Shown piece after piece: positions 37,501-47,572 of a stretch of 64,000 bases of DNA. The translations under genes and the position numbers were made by a program. The DNA comes from an uncultured Chloroflexia bacterium. GTDB taxonomy: Bacteria > Chloroflexota > Limnocylindria > Limnocylindrales > CSP1-4. Location: positions 64,001 through 128,000 of the forward strand of contig CAVYBU010000002.1 of NCBI GenBank assembly GCA_963766735.1. The letters are read 5' to 3'. Position 1 is the stretch's first letter. Every line of letters begins with the position of its first letter. The notes beneath the pieces were generated by a model, which saw only the letters and a list, made by a program, of their open reading frames with translations, was not told the DNA's origin and made no database searches.

Positions 37501-40410
37501 TCACCCGCGAGTGCGACGCTTCGCCTCCCGAAGGCGCGCCATGGTGTCCTCGTCTGGCGGTGGCGGAGACCCGGGACCCGCCGGGGTCGCCTGCCCTGTG
37601 TCGATGGTCGCGCCGGCCGATGGGGTAGCGCCCGGATCCGCCGCCGGCCGCTCCGCCGCCGGCCGCTCAGCCGCCTCGCGCAGGATCGCCGACCGGGCGC
37701 CCGCAGAGCCTGCGCGTTCGCGTGCAGCCAGCATCTCCTCCACGGGCTTCGTGCGTTCCGCCACCCGGCGCCCGCGCACGGTGTCCGAGACCCAGCGACG
37801 GCCATCCGCCATCTCGCGTCGGCCGAGCGCGACGCGCCGCAGCGCGATGTCGAGCGGCCAGAGCAGGAGCGCCAGCACCAGCAGCCACGGCCACAGCTCG
37901 GTGGACCGGCTCGTGCTCCGCAGGTCGTGGACCCAGGCCGCCGCGGGCGTCGCGAGAGCCGTGCCCCCGGTGGCGGACCGGATCGCGCCCAGCAGCTGCT
38001 CGTTCGCGCCCATCAGGCGGTACTCGGCGGCCGTCGGGGCGACCAGGCCGAGCGTCCGTCCGAGCGGCCCCTGGGCGGGCTTCGTCTGCGTCACGCGCAC
38101 CAGGTACGCGCCGCTCTGAAGGGACCCCAATGGCGCCTCGTAGACACCCGGAGCCACCTGGCTGAGGTTCACGTCGACGCGCGTGTCGTCGGATCCCAGC
38201 AGCGCTACCTGGGTCGCGTAGAAGTCACGCGGCGACCCGTCCGACGCGACGCTCTCCACCCGCAGGTAGGTGCGCCCGCCGCGGTCCACGAACGCAGCCT
38301 CGATCCCGCCGCTCTCCTCGCCGGGGAACGTCCAGCCGACCATCTGGCTGAAGAACTTCGCGAAGTCCTTCCAGCCTATCCAGCTCTTCGCCCAGCGGCC
38401 CGTGGAGTCCGATGTCCACGCCACCGAGCGCCCCAGGCCGTATTGCCACTGGGCGAGGAGGGGATCGTCGCGCGCGGTGACGAGGACGGTCTGCGCGGCG
38501 GGCTTGGCCGTGGTCCCGTTGTAGCCGAGCAGCTGCGGCAGGCCGCCCTCGATCCCACGCAGGATCGGCGAGGTCGAGGTGAGGATCGGGTGGAACGCCT
38601 CCTCCACGATCTGCTGGCCGGAGACCTGCTGTGTCTCCTTGAGGAAGATGTCGGGGATCGCGGCCGGGTTGGCCGCGTCGTAGAACCGCCCGCCGCCGTT
38701 CCTCGCCAGCTGCTCGAGGAACGGGTTGGCGCCGCCGCCCGCGCCCACGGTGGACAGCGTGATCCCGGCGCCCTTCATGTCCATGAGGATCTGGTCGTAC
38801 TGGCCGGAGCTGGACCAGCCGTCGGTGAGCAGGATGATGTGGCGCCGGGTGGCCGTCGCGTCCTTGAGCGACCGCACCGCCTGGTCCAGGCCGCCGAAGA
38901 TGTTCGTCTGGCCGTTGGCGGTGATCCCCGCGATGGAGGCCTGGAGGTCCTGGAGCCCGCCGAGCGGCGCCGTCTTCACGACCCAGTGCGCCGACTCGTC
39001 GAAGGCGACGACGCCAAGCTCGTCCTGGGCAGTCAGCGCCGACGCGGCCCGGATGATCGCCTCCTTGCCGATGTCCACCTTCTTCACGCCCGCGATCCCC
39101 GCGCCTCCGCCCATCCCGCCGTCGAAGCTGTTGCAGTGGCAGGCGTCCATCGAGCCCGACTTGTCGATCACCACGACGAGCGCCACGTCCGGCTGCTTCT
39201 GGCGGTCGCGGACGCCCATGTCCACCGGCAGCGCCTCCTCGAGCGGAGTGTCCGTGTACCCGCCGGCCCCGTAGGCGCGCGGGCCGCCGACCACCACGAG
39301 GCCGCGCCCGGCGTCCCGGACGAACACCTGGAGCGTGGCCAGCGCCTCGTCCGTGAGGCGCAGCCGGGGCACGTCGACCAGGACGACCGAGTCGTATGCG
39401 GCGAGGCCGATGAGGTCTGAGGGAAGCGCCTCGGGGATCACCGTGTCCACGTTCTGGCGCTCGATCTCCAGGGCCGCCACGAGCTGGTCCGCGACGTCCT
39501 CGTCACCCTTGACCACCAGGATGCGCGGCTCGCCCTTGACGATGGTGTTGGCGTCCGCGTGGTCGTTCTCGTTGAACGTGTCGCGACCCGCCTCGACGAC
39601 CATCCGGAGACGGAGGAACCCGGCCTCCGCGGCCGTGAACGTGAAGTCGACACGGCTCGCGCCCGCCGCAAGGCTGACGGCCTGCGTCTCGGCCAGCTCG
39701 CCGTTGACGAACAGCCGCACTGTTGCCGGCTGCGCCACGGTGGAGGTGATGTCGCCCGACACCTCGATCTCCTCGCCCAGGCGTGCGGTGGACGGCGACG
39801 TGAGTCGTTCCACCAGCACCTCATCGCGACCGGCGAGCCCCGTCAGGACCGTCTCCACCGCGATCCCGCGGGCGGCCGCCAGCGACGCCTCCGTCTGGCC
39901 CGAGCCCGTGGTGTCGTTGCCGTCCGAGAGCAGGACGATCCGCTTCTGGGCGTCGTCCGGGAAGAGCGCGGCGGCCAGGCGGAGCGCGGCTCCCACGTCC
40001 GTGGCGCCCTTCACCGGGGTCGATGCGATCCGGTCGATCTCCGCCAGGTCGGACGGGAGCCGCTCCACGAGCGCGTCACCTCCGAATGCGACGATCCCGG
40101 CCACGTCCTCGTCCTTCTTCGTCGCGAGCGACTCGCGGACGTACGCCAGCGCCTCCTCGCGTCCGGCGGTCCCCACGGAATCCGACAGGTCCACCACGTA
40201 CACCACGGCCAGCCGGTCGACCGGCAGGACGACCTGGAGCCCTGCCAGCGCGCTCACGAGCACCGCCAGCAGCAGCACGCGGACCGTGAGCGCCGCCCGC
40301 CGTCGCCCAATGCCCAGGCGGCGCCGGGACAGGAGGTGCAGGAGGATCACCACCGCGAGCAGGGGCGGCAGGAGCAGCAGCGCGAGGGGGGCGTCGAACG
40401 AGATGCCCAT
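37501..40410 (-). CDS. Membrane-anchored double-VWA / glutamine amidotransferase-like domain protein
   Basis: N-terminal TMs, MIDAS DLSDS and DKSGS, LSDGND/LTDG, GATase-like GGPRAYGAGGY, WQYGLGRSVAWTSD, C-terminal TM. Confidence 0.85.
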   Translation of the reverse strand: MGISFDAPLALLLLPPLLAVVILLHLLSRRRLGIGRRRAALTVRVLLLAVLVSALAGLQVVLPVDRLAVVYVVDLSDSVGTAGREEALAYVRESLATKKDEDVAGIVAFGGDALVERLPSDLAEIDRIASTPVKGATDVGAALRLAAALFPDDAQKRIVLLSDGNDTTGSGQTEASLAAARGIAVETVLTGLAGRDEVLVERLTSPSTARLGEEIEVSGDITSTVAQPATVRLFVNGELAETQAVSLAAGASRVDFTFTAAEAGFLRLRMVVEAGRDTFNENDHADANTIVKGEPRILVVKGDEDVADQLVAALEIERQNVDTVIPEALPSDLIGLAAYDSVVLVDVPRLRLTDEALATLQVFVRDAGRGLVVVGGPRAYGAGGYTDTPLEEALPVDMGVRDRQKQPDVALVVVIDKSGSMDACHCNSFDGGMGGGAGIAGVKKVDIGKEAIIRAASALTAQDELGVVAFDESAHWVVKTAPLGGLQDLQASIAGITANGQTNIFGGLDQAVRSLKDATATRRHIILLTDGWSSSGQYDQILMDMKGAGITLSTVGAGGGANPFLEQLARNGGGRFYDAANPAAIPDIFLKETQQVSGQQIVEEAFHPILTSTSPILRGIEGGLPQLLGYNGTTAKPAAQTVLVTARDDPLLAQWQYGLGRSVAWTSDSTGRWAKSWIGWKDFAKFFSQMVGWTFPGEESGGIEAAFVDRGGRTYLRVESVASDGSPRDFYATQVALLGSDDTRVDVNLSQVAPGVYEAPLGSLQSGAYLVRVTQTKPAQGPLGRTLGLVAPTAAEYRLMGANEQLLGAIRSATGGTALATPAAAWVHDLRSTSRSTELWPWLLVLALLLWPLDIALRRVALGRREMADGRRWVSDTVRGRRVAERTKPVEEMLAARERAGSAGARSAILREAAERPAAERPAADPGATPSAGATIDTGQATPAGPGSPPPPDEDTMARLREAKRRTRG

Positions 40411-42506
40411 CAGGTCCCCCGTCCGGCGGACGGGGTCCGCTGCAGCCGGGCGGCGGCGCCCCGTCTGATGCGGGCGAGGGTGTCGCGCTCGTAGACGAGC
40501 CACTCGGCGGTCAGGACCAGCAGGGCGGCGAGCGCGATCGGGATCCACAGCTCGTCGCGGGCGTTCGGCCGCTCTCCGGTGGCGCTGCCGCCCCCGGGGT
40601 CGCTGCTCGCACCCGGGCCGGGGCTCGCCGCAGGTGCCCCCAGCGCCGTGAGCATCGAGGCGTCGCCCGGGGCGATGTTCGATTCGTCGATGTCCAGAAG
40701 GTCTACGGCGAACCGCACCGGCGCATTGGGGTCTGCCGGGCGGAAGGTGGGTGGCGCGCCGGGCGAGCCCGCCGCCGCGGACGGCGACGGCGCACCGGAG
40801 GAGGTCGCCGCGGGCGTGGCGTCAGGGTCGGGGATGCCGGTGACCGTGTAGACCCCGAGGAGGTCTGTCCGGGCGAAGGTGACGCTGCCCGCGCCCTTCG
40901 TCGGGGCGATCAGCTCGTCGGTCGACGCGTCGGGCCGCTCCACGCGCACGCCGATCGAACCATCCGGGATGCTGAGCGTGATGGGCGAACCTGGGACGAT
41001 CGCGTCGGCGGGCGGGTGCGAGCCGCCGAACAGCTCACCCGCGAGGTTCGCCAGGAGGACCGGGAACGCCACCTGGAGCGGCAGGTCGGAGCGGCGCGGC
41101 TCGAAGGCCAGGACGGCGGCCGGTCGCCCTGCCAGGGTGCCCGCGTAGAGGAGGGGCGCGCCGCCTGGTCCGGGGATGATGGCGCGCCCCCAGGCGGGGA
41201 CCTCCATCTTCTTCGCCTCGGAGACATGGGTTGTGGTCAGGTCCACGTACCGCAAGACCGGGTCAGAAGGGTCAAGCGCCCCGATACCGGGGTTGACGAG
41301 CGTGCCCGTGACGCTGCCCAGGGGCGACGTCCTGGGCGGGGCGATCGCCAGGATCGGCCGCGCCGGCAGCTCGGCGGGCAGGTAGCCCTCGAAGATGACC
41401 AGGTCGAACAGCTCGGGCCGCGTTCCCGGTCCGTATTGGGCCGGTGCGACACCGTAGAGCTCCGTGTCCGGCAGGTGGGAGAGCGCGGTCTCGAGGTACG
41501 GGTCCCCGTCGCTGACCAGCAGCACCGTGCGCAGCGCCGCCGGCGGGACGATGGCCCAGGCCCGATCGTCCACGGCCAGCATGTCCGCGGCTGACGTCGA
41601 GGACTGGTCCTTCGCGGCCAGGCGCACCTCGATCACCGCCGCCGGGTGGTCGGGATCATCGATGTCATCGATCGAGACGTCGGTCCGCCGCTGGGGGTCA
41701 AGCTTGAGCGTGCGGGAGTCGCGCAGCACGCCGTCCGCGTAGACCTCGAGGCGCCGTTCCGCCATCTCCAGCCCCAGGTTCGCCACCGAGACGAACGCCG
41801 AGTGGGAGATCCCCGACGGCGCGGTCCGCACCGCCAGGGCCACGATCGCCTGGTTGTCCTGGTCGCGCCCGACGCGGAGCACGCGCAGTGGGGCCTCCAG
41901 CGTGCCGGCCGGCGGCGTGGCGATCGCGGCGTCCGTCGCCACGAGTATCTCCGCGTCGCCCGAGCGGGCCGCCAGCGCCGAGGCAAGCCGCAGGGCGTCA
42001 CCCAGGTCGCCTGCGTCGGAGGAAGCGGTGATCGACGCGATGGCTCCCTTGACCCTGCCCATGTCCGAGGTGCCGTTGGCGACGACCTTCGCGGTGCGCC
42101 CGGCCTCGACGACGCTGACCTTGCCGCCCGCAGGGAGGTCCCTGAGGGCCTCGATCGCGGCTGCCTTCGCCGCCTCCAGCCGGTTGGGCGACACGTCCGT
42201 CGCCTGCATCGACGCGGAGGTGTCCACCACCAGCACTATGTCCCGCGCGAGGCCGGCGGGACGCTCCACGAACGGGCGCGCGGCCAGCAGCACGAGGATC
42301 AGGACCAGCAGCAGCTGGAGCAGCAGCAGCAGGCTCCGGCGGAGCTTCTGCCACGGCGCGTTTGCCTCCACGTCGGAGACCAGCTTCTGCCACAGCAGCG
42401 TGGACGGCACCACGGCCTCGTCCCGCCGGAGCTTGAGCAGGTACATGGCGATGACGACCGGGATGAACAGCAGCCCGGCGAGTGCCAGCGGAGCGAGGAA
42501 CGGCAT
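40410..42506 (-). CDS. BatA N-terminal + VWA domain membrane protein
   Basis: MPFLAPLAL...MYLLK...VPSTLLW BatA-type N-terminus, DTSASM MIDAS, C-terminal ELWIP TM. Confidence 0.87.
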   Translation of the reverse strand: MPFLAPLALAGLLFIPVVIAMYLLKLRRDEAVVPSTLLWQKLVSDVEANAPWQKLRRSLLLLLQLLLVLILVLLAARPFVERPAGLARDIVLVVDTSASMQATDVSPNRLEAAKAAAIEALRDLPAGGKVSVVEAGRTAKVVANGTSDMGRVKGAIASITASSDAGDLGDALRLASALAARSGDAEILVATDAAIATPPAGTLEAPLRVLRVGRDQDNQAIVALAVRTAPSGISHSAFVSVANLGLEMAERRLEVYADGVLRDSRTLKLDPQRRTDVSIDDIDDPDHPAAVIEVRLAAKDQSSTSAADMLAVDDRAWAIVPPAALRTVLLVSDGDPYLETALSHLPDTELYGVAPAQYGPGTRPELFDLVIFEGYLPAELPARPILAIAPPRTSPLGSVTGTLVNPGIGALDPSDPVLRYVDLTTTHVSEAKKMEVPAWGRAIIPGPGGAPLLYAGTLAGRPAAVLAFEPRRSDLPLQVAFPVLLANLAGELFGGSHPPADAIVPGSPITLSIPDGSIGVRVERPDASTDELIAPTKGAGSVTFARTDLLGVYTVTGIPDPDATPAATSSGAPSPSAAAGSPGAPPTFRPADPNAPVRFAVDLLDIDESNIAPGDASMLTALGAPAASPGPGASSDPGGGSATGERPNARDELWIPIALAALLVLTAEWLVYERDTLARIRRGAAARLQRTPSAGRGT

Positions 42507-42514
42507 GGCCAGGC

Positions 42515-43501
42515 CTACCCGACGACCCGGCGGCGGCGCAGCTCGGCGAACACGAGGTCGGCCAGCGGGGTGTCCGTGGACAGGGGCACGTACGAGGCGC
42601 GGCGCTTGGCAGCGACGTCGGCGAGGCTCTCCTGCCAGGCGGCCAGGCGTGCCTTGTAGTCGTCGAGCGTGGCGAGGTCAACCGTGACGTCGATGCCCTC
42701 ACGGCTCTCGCTGTCCACCAGCTTCAGGTCGCCCTCGAGCGGTGGGTCCAGCTCGTCCGGGGACAGCGCATGGAGCACGATCAGCTCGGAGCCTGTGGCC
42801 GCCAGCTCCCGGATGACGCGGTCCGCGCCGGGGTCCAGCAGGTCCGAGATCAGGACGATGACGCCGCGGCCGGGCAGCATCGCGGCGGCGTGGCGGGCGC
42901 TGGCCACGAGGTCCGTGGCACCCTGATCGGGCTGGATCCCGGACAGGTTGGCCAGCAGCCGGAACACCCGCCCGGAGCCGCGCAGGCCGCCCTGTCGCCG
43001 CGCCGTCCGGCCGGTGAGCGCTGCGACGACCACCCGGTCCTCGCCGGCGAGGGCGACGTAGCCCAGGGCCGCCGCCGCCCGCTTCGCAAACAGCAGCTTC
43101 TGCGGCTTCCCGAAGGCCATGGACGGGCTGGCGTCGACGAGGAACGTGATCGTGACGTCCTCCTCCTCGATGAATAGCTTGACGAACAGCTTCTCCAGGC
43201 GTGCGTAGACGTTCCAGTCCAGCTGGCGCAGGTCGTCGCCGAGGGTGTAGTCACGGTAGTCGGCAAACTCCACGGACTGCCCACGCTTGACGCTCCGGCG
43301 ACCACCCTTCAGCCCTCCCCGGACGGGCTGCTTCATGAGCACGTCGAGGCGCTCGAGCTGGCGCAGAAAGCCCTCGTCGAAGACCGTTGGATCCAGGGCG
43401 TTGGGGAGGAACGCCCGAGTGCCCGCCGGCCGCGGGGCGACGGGTTCATCCGGGGCCCGTTCGGCGGGCGGCTCGGTCGGCGGCGGGGAGGGGAGCGTCA
43501 T
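42515..43501 (-). CDS. DUF58 domain protein
   Basis: GQSVEFADYRDYTLGDDLRQLDWNVYAR, DASPSM, ISDLL. Confidence 0.92.
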   Translation of the reverse strand: MTLPSPPPTEPPAERAPDEPVAPRPAGTRAFLPNALDPTVFDEGFLRQLERLDVLMKQPVRGGLKGGRRSVKRGQSVEFADYRDYTLGDDLRQLDWNVYARLEKLFVKLFIEEEDVTITFLVDASPSMAFGKPQKLLFAKRAAAALGYVALAGEDRVVVAALTGRTARRQGGLRGSGRVFRLLANLSGIQPDQGATDLVASARHAAAMLPGRGVIVLISDLLDPGADRVIRELAATGSELIVLHALSPDELDPPLEGDLKLVDSESREGIDVTVDLATLDDYKARLAAWQESLADVAAKRRASYVPLSTDTPLADLVFAELRRRRVVG

Positions 43502-43524
43502 GGATCGCGGGTCGCCTGGCCTGC

Positions 43525-44556
43525 CTATTCGACGGCGGGCGGCGACACCTCGTCCAGGATCGTGCGGACGATGGCCTCGGAGGTGACACCCTCGGCCTCG
43601 CCCTCGAAGTTGAGGATCACGCGGTGTCGAAGCGCCGGCAGTGCCGCCGCCCGGACGTCGTCCACGGACACGTTGAACCGGCCGTCCATGAGCGCCAGGA
43701 TCTTGCCCGCGGCGACGAGCGCCTGGGCCCCGCGCGGGGAGCCGCCGTACCGGACGTACTGGCGCACGAGCGACGGCGCGCGCGTGCTATCCGGGTGCGT
43801 GGCCGCGAGCATCGCCACCGCGTACGCGGTCACGTGCGGTGCGATCGGCACCGCGCGCGCCAGGCGCTGCATCTCGACGATCTCGGCCGCGGTGGTCACG
43901 GGCTTGGCGGTCGGGGCATCTGCGCCGGTCGTCCGGTCAACGATCGAGATCAGGTCGTCCTCGGTGGGGAAGGGGACCATGACCTTGAGCAGGAACCGGT
44001 CCAGCTGGGCCTCCGGGAGGGGGTAGGTCCCCTCCATCTCGAGGGGGTTCTGCGTTGCGAGCACGAAGAACGGGGGGTCCAGCACGTACCGGTTCCGGGC
44101 CACGGTGACCTGGTGCTCCTGCATCGCCTCCAGGAGCGACGACTGGGTCTTGGGCGTCGCGCGGTTGATCTCGTCCGCAAGCACGAGGTTGGCGAATACC
44201 GGGCCCTGCTGGAACCGGAAGACGCGCTGGCCGCCCTCCTCGATCAGGATGTTCGTACCGGTGATGTCGGCCGGCATCAGGTCCGGCGTGAACTGGATCC
44301 TGTTGAACCGGCAGTCGATCACGTCCGCGATCGTCCGGACCAGCAGCGTCTTGCCCAGGCCCGGAACGCCCTCGAGGAGCACGTGGCTGTTGGCGAGCAG
44401 GCCCACGAGCGTCTGGCGGACCAGCTCGCGCTGGCCGACGATGACCTTGCCGACCTCGGCCTCGATGGCCATCGCACGCGCGGCGAAGGCCTCCGGGGCG
44501 AGCCTGACCGTGGCTTCTGGTGCTGCGACGGGCTGCGGGGTGGTGGAAGCGTCCAT
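43525..44556 (-). CDS. moxR: MoxR-family AAA+ ATPase
   Basis: EGVPGLGKT, RIQFTPDLMP, DEINRATPKTQS, ATQNPLEMEGTYPLPEAQLDRF. Confidence 0.95.
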   Translation of the reverse strand: MDASTTPQPVAAPEATVRLAPEAFAARAMAIEAEVGKVIVGQRELVRQTLVGLLANSHVLLEGVPGLGKTLLVRTIADVIDCRFNRIQFTPDLMPADITGTNILIEEGGQRVFRFQQGPVFANLVLADEINRATPKTQSSLLEAMQEHQVTVARNRYVLDPPFFVLATQNPLEMEGTYPLPEAQLDRFLLKVMVPFPTEDDLISIVDRTTGADAPTAKPVTTAAEIVEMQRLARAVPIAPHVTAYAVAMLAATHPDSTRAPSLVRQYVRYGGSPRGAQALVAAGKILALMDGRFNVSVDDVRAAALPALRHRVILNFEGEAEGVTSEAIVRTILDEVSPPAVE

Positions 44557-44597
44557 GGGTCCTCCGGTTGCGGAGCGAGGGGCCGGCGAGTCGCCGC

Positions 44598-46544
44598 CTA
44601 GTTGCCGGGGTTCAGTGAGCTGAAGTAGTCGCGCACGTAGTCCTTCACCGAAATCGGGACATACGAGCGGTCGAGGGTCGTGAGCGCGTACTGGTAGAAA
44701 TCGCTGTAGACCTGCTGGTAGGGGACGTAGGAGCCGTTGTCGGTCCCCTGGCCCTGCTGGCTGCCCTGCTGGGTCTGACCGTCCCCGCCCGTGCCGGCGA
44801 TGTACGAAGGGTCACCCGGCTTGCCAAGACGATCGAAAGGCGCGAACACGGAACCCAGGTCCTCGCCGAGCTGGGCCGGCCGGTTCGGGTTGATCGGCCC
44901 CCCCGGCTTGCCGTTCGACGTACCGGTGCCGAGGTGGCTGGCGTTGGAGCCGCCCCCGCCGAGCGAGCCGCTGCCTTGCCCCTGGCCCTGGCCCTGCCCC
45001 TGCCCCTGCCCCTGCCCCTGCCCTTGGCCCTGCCCCTGCCCCTGCCCCTGGCCTTGCCCCTGGCCCTGGCCCTGCCCCTGGCCTTGCCCCTGACCCTGCC
45101 CTTGGCCTTGCCCCTGGCCCGGCGAGGCGCCCGGTGAACCGCTGGGTTGGCCGCTCGCCTGCCCGCTGCCCTGCTGCCCGCTGCCCTGCTGCCCACTGCC
45201 CTGCTGGCCGCTGCCCTGCTGGCCGCTGCCCTGCTGGCCGCCGGAGTTCGCCAAGTTGCGCCGGGCGTCCTGCAGGTTGGAGGCGGCGGTGCTGAGGTCA
45301 CGGCTGATCTGCACCCGATTGCCGGCGGCGTCCAGCGCCTCTCCCAGCCGGTTCAGCGCCGCCCTGGCGCCCTCGGTGTCGCCCTGCGCCAGGCTGGAGG
45401 CGGCGTCCTTGAGTGCCTGGCCCGCCGCCCCGTCTGCCTGGCTGGCGGCACCCTGGAGCTGCGCCAGATCGCGTGCGAGATCCTCGCGTTCGGCGTTCGA
45501 CATGTCGTCGACCTTCTCGGCCAGGCCCTCGAGGTCGTCACGGGCCTCCTTCGGGTCCCCGCCGGGGTTCGCCTGGGGATCGCGGCTGGCCGTCCGCGAG
45601 AGGGACCGCGCAAGCGACGCGAGCGAGGCCGACCGCTGCTCGTTGGCCGGGTCAAGCTGGGCTCGCACGTCATCCTCAACGGCACCCAGTCGGGCGAGGT
45701 TGAGGTCCAGGTCACCCGGGTTCATCCGCAGCCGCTCGGCCAGCTCCCGGAGCTCCGCCGCCAGCTGCGTGCGGGGATCGTTTGCATCGGCGCCCTTGCC
45801 TTCGAGGTCCTTGGCGACCTCGTCGATGCGCTCCGCCTGGCGTTCCGCCTCCTCGCGAACCTCGCGCTGCTGGGCGATCACCAGGTCCTGCGGGTTGGGC
45901 AGGAGAAGGGCTGGCACCACCAGCGAGGCGGCGATCAGCGCGACCAGGGCGGGACGGCGTGACAGCCGTGGGCGGAAGAGTCCGGGGTCCACGGTCCGAA
46001 GCCGTGAGAGCGCGTCGCGCCGCTGACGGCGGATGAAACGGGCCTCCGCGTCGTGGAGATCGAACGACGGCCCGACGGCGATGGTGTCGTCGTCGCCGGC
46101 CGCGGCGGGTCCCGCGGTGGACGGCATCGAGCCCGCGAAGGCGAGCGCGGACGCGACCGCATCGCCGGCCCCTCCCTCGAAGTCAACCGCCAGGGCAGTC
46201 TCGCCGAGCGTCGGTCGCGCCCGGACCACCATGCCGAGCAGGATCAGCAGTCCGAGAATCGGAAGGGCAACCGCGACCAGCGACGCATGCTCGAGCGGAA
46301 CCAGCCGCTGGAGGACGGCCAGCACCAGCTCTGCGCAGGCCACCACGGCCAGCACGGCCCAGCCACGACGGACTGCTCTTCGCAGCCAGAGACGGCGTCG
46401 GTGTGTGGCCAGGCCCAGCCGGATCGCGGTCAGCGACGGGTCGAGTGCGATGCCGAGCGACGCGGGGTCGCCCGGCACGATCGGCCCGTTGGCTGCGGTC
46501 GTGGAGCGGCGGAGCCCCAGGCCGACAGACGGCCGGTTCGGCAT
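44598..46544 (-). CDS. Membrane protein with coiled coil and Gly/Gln repeat tail
   Basis: Three TMs, long heptad region, (GQQGS)5, (GQ)24, and a terminal VPYQQVY...KDYVRDYFSSL motif. Confidence 0.82.
   Translation of the reverse strand: MPNRPSVGLGLRRSTTAANGPIVPGDPASLGIALDPSLTAIRLGLATHRRRLWLRRAVRRGWAVLAVVACAELVLAVLQRLVPLEHASLVAVALPILGLLILLGMVVRARPTLGETALAVDFEGGAGDAVASALAFAGSMPSTAGPAAAGDDDTIAVGPSFDLHDAEARFIRRQRRDALSRLRTVDPGLFRPRLSRRPALVALIAASLVVPALLLPNPQDLVIAQQREVREEAERQAERIDEVAKDLEGKGADANDPRTQLAAELRELAERLRMNPGDLDLNLARLGAVEDDVRAQLDPANEQRSASLASLARSLSRTASRDPQANPGGDPKEARDDLEGLAEKVDDMSNAEREDLARDLAQLQGAASQADGAAGQALKDAASSLAQGDTEGARAALNRLGEALDAAGNRVQISRDLSTAASNLQDARRNLANSGGQQGSGQQGSGQQGSGQQGSGQQGSGQASGQPSGSPGASPGQGQGQGQGQGQGQGQGQGQGQGQGQGQGQGQGQGQGQGQGQGQGQGQGSGSLGGGGSNASHLGTGTSNGKPGGPINPNRPAQLGEDLGSVFAPFDRLGKPGDPSYIAGTGGDGQTQQGSQQGQGTDNGSYVPYQQVYSDFYQYALTTLDRSYVPISVKDYVRDYFSSLNPGN
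44976..45239 (-). repeat. (GQ)24 hexamer repeat (44976-45119) and (GQQGS)5 15-mer repeat (45165-45239)
   Basis: Counted directly; synonymous codon variation among units. Confidence 0.92.
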
Positions 46545-47572
46545 CACGCGTCGCCCCGCGCCTGCCGGCGGCGGAGATGCGGCAAGTGGAGGCGCCAGCG
46601 CCGGGTCGGCGACACGAGCTGGACGGACAGGATGATGAGCACGACCGAGATCGCGCCCATCGCGGCCAGGCTGCGGGGCCAGTAGCTGTCGCGGGGGATC
46701 CCGAACTGCTGGTCCCCGACCGAGTTCTGGCTGGTCACGCCGCTGATGATCGAGCAGGCGCCGCCGAACCCGGTCTCCGTGCCGCAGATCACGTCGATCT
46801 GGGCGACGAACGGGTTGAACCACATCAAGGCCTCGGGTGGCCGTTGGGTGAGCGACTCCAGCGGCCCGACATCACGCTGACCCTGGTCCAGACGGCCGCC
46901 GTTGCTGCCGACCATCGCAAACCAGAACACGAACAGGAACGTCGTCCCGGCGGTGAGCGCGATCGCGGCCACGAGGTTGATGACCGTGGCGGCCTGGGTT
47001 CGCTTCACGAGCGCCGAGACGAACAGCCCGAGCGCGCCGAAGAAGAACGCGGTCCCAACCAGCACGACGTAGCCCTTGACCATGTCGTCCGGGCCGACGC
47101 CACCGAACGTGAACACGAGCGCGGTCACCGGGATCGAGGCCAGGATCAGAAGGAAGACCCAGGTCAGCGCCGACAGCAGCTTGCCCAGCACGATCGCCAG
47201 CGAGGAGATGGGCGTCGTGACGAGCAGGTCAAGGGTCTGCTTCTCGCGCTCGAGGCTGATCGCCCCCGCGGTGGACGCCGGTGCCAGCACCAGCACGATG
47301 AGGGTGAGGAGCATGAGCAGGGCGGTGAACATCTGTCGCCCGATCTCGGCCGACGCGGAGATGGAGCCGCCGAACCCGCCTGAGAAGGACCGCTCGGCGA
47401 TCGACTCGATCATCCAGGCGAAGCCGGCGATGAGCAGCAGGTGGATCGTGAGCACCACGAAGGCGCGCCGGCCGCGCATGCGGCCGCGAAGCTCCTTGAC
47501 ACCCACGGCGGCGATGCCCGTGCCGACGTCGCGCAGGGCGCCGAGGCGGCGGGGTCGTGCGATGGCGGTCAT
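46544..47572 (-). CDS. ABC-2 type permease
   Basis: KELRGRMRG, AISLEREKQTLDLLVTTP, IVLGKL, multiple TMs. Confidence 0.9.
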   Translation of the reverse strand: MTAIARPRRLGALRDVGTGIAAVGVKELRGRMRGRRAFVVLTIHLLLIAGFAWMIESIAERSFSGGFGGSISASAEIGRQMFTALLMLLTLIVLVLAPASTAGAISLEREKQTLDLLVTTPISSLAIVLGKLLSALTWVFLLILASIPVTALVFTFGGVGPDDMVKGYVVLVGTAFFFGALGLFVSALVKRTQAATVINLVAAIALTAGTTFLFVFWFAMVGSNGGRLDQGQRDVGPLESLTQRPPEALMWFNPFVAQIDVICGTETGFGGACSIISGVTSQNSVGDQQFGIPRDSYWPRSLAAMGAISVVLIILSVQLVSPTRRWRLHLPHLRRRQARGDA

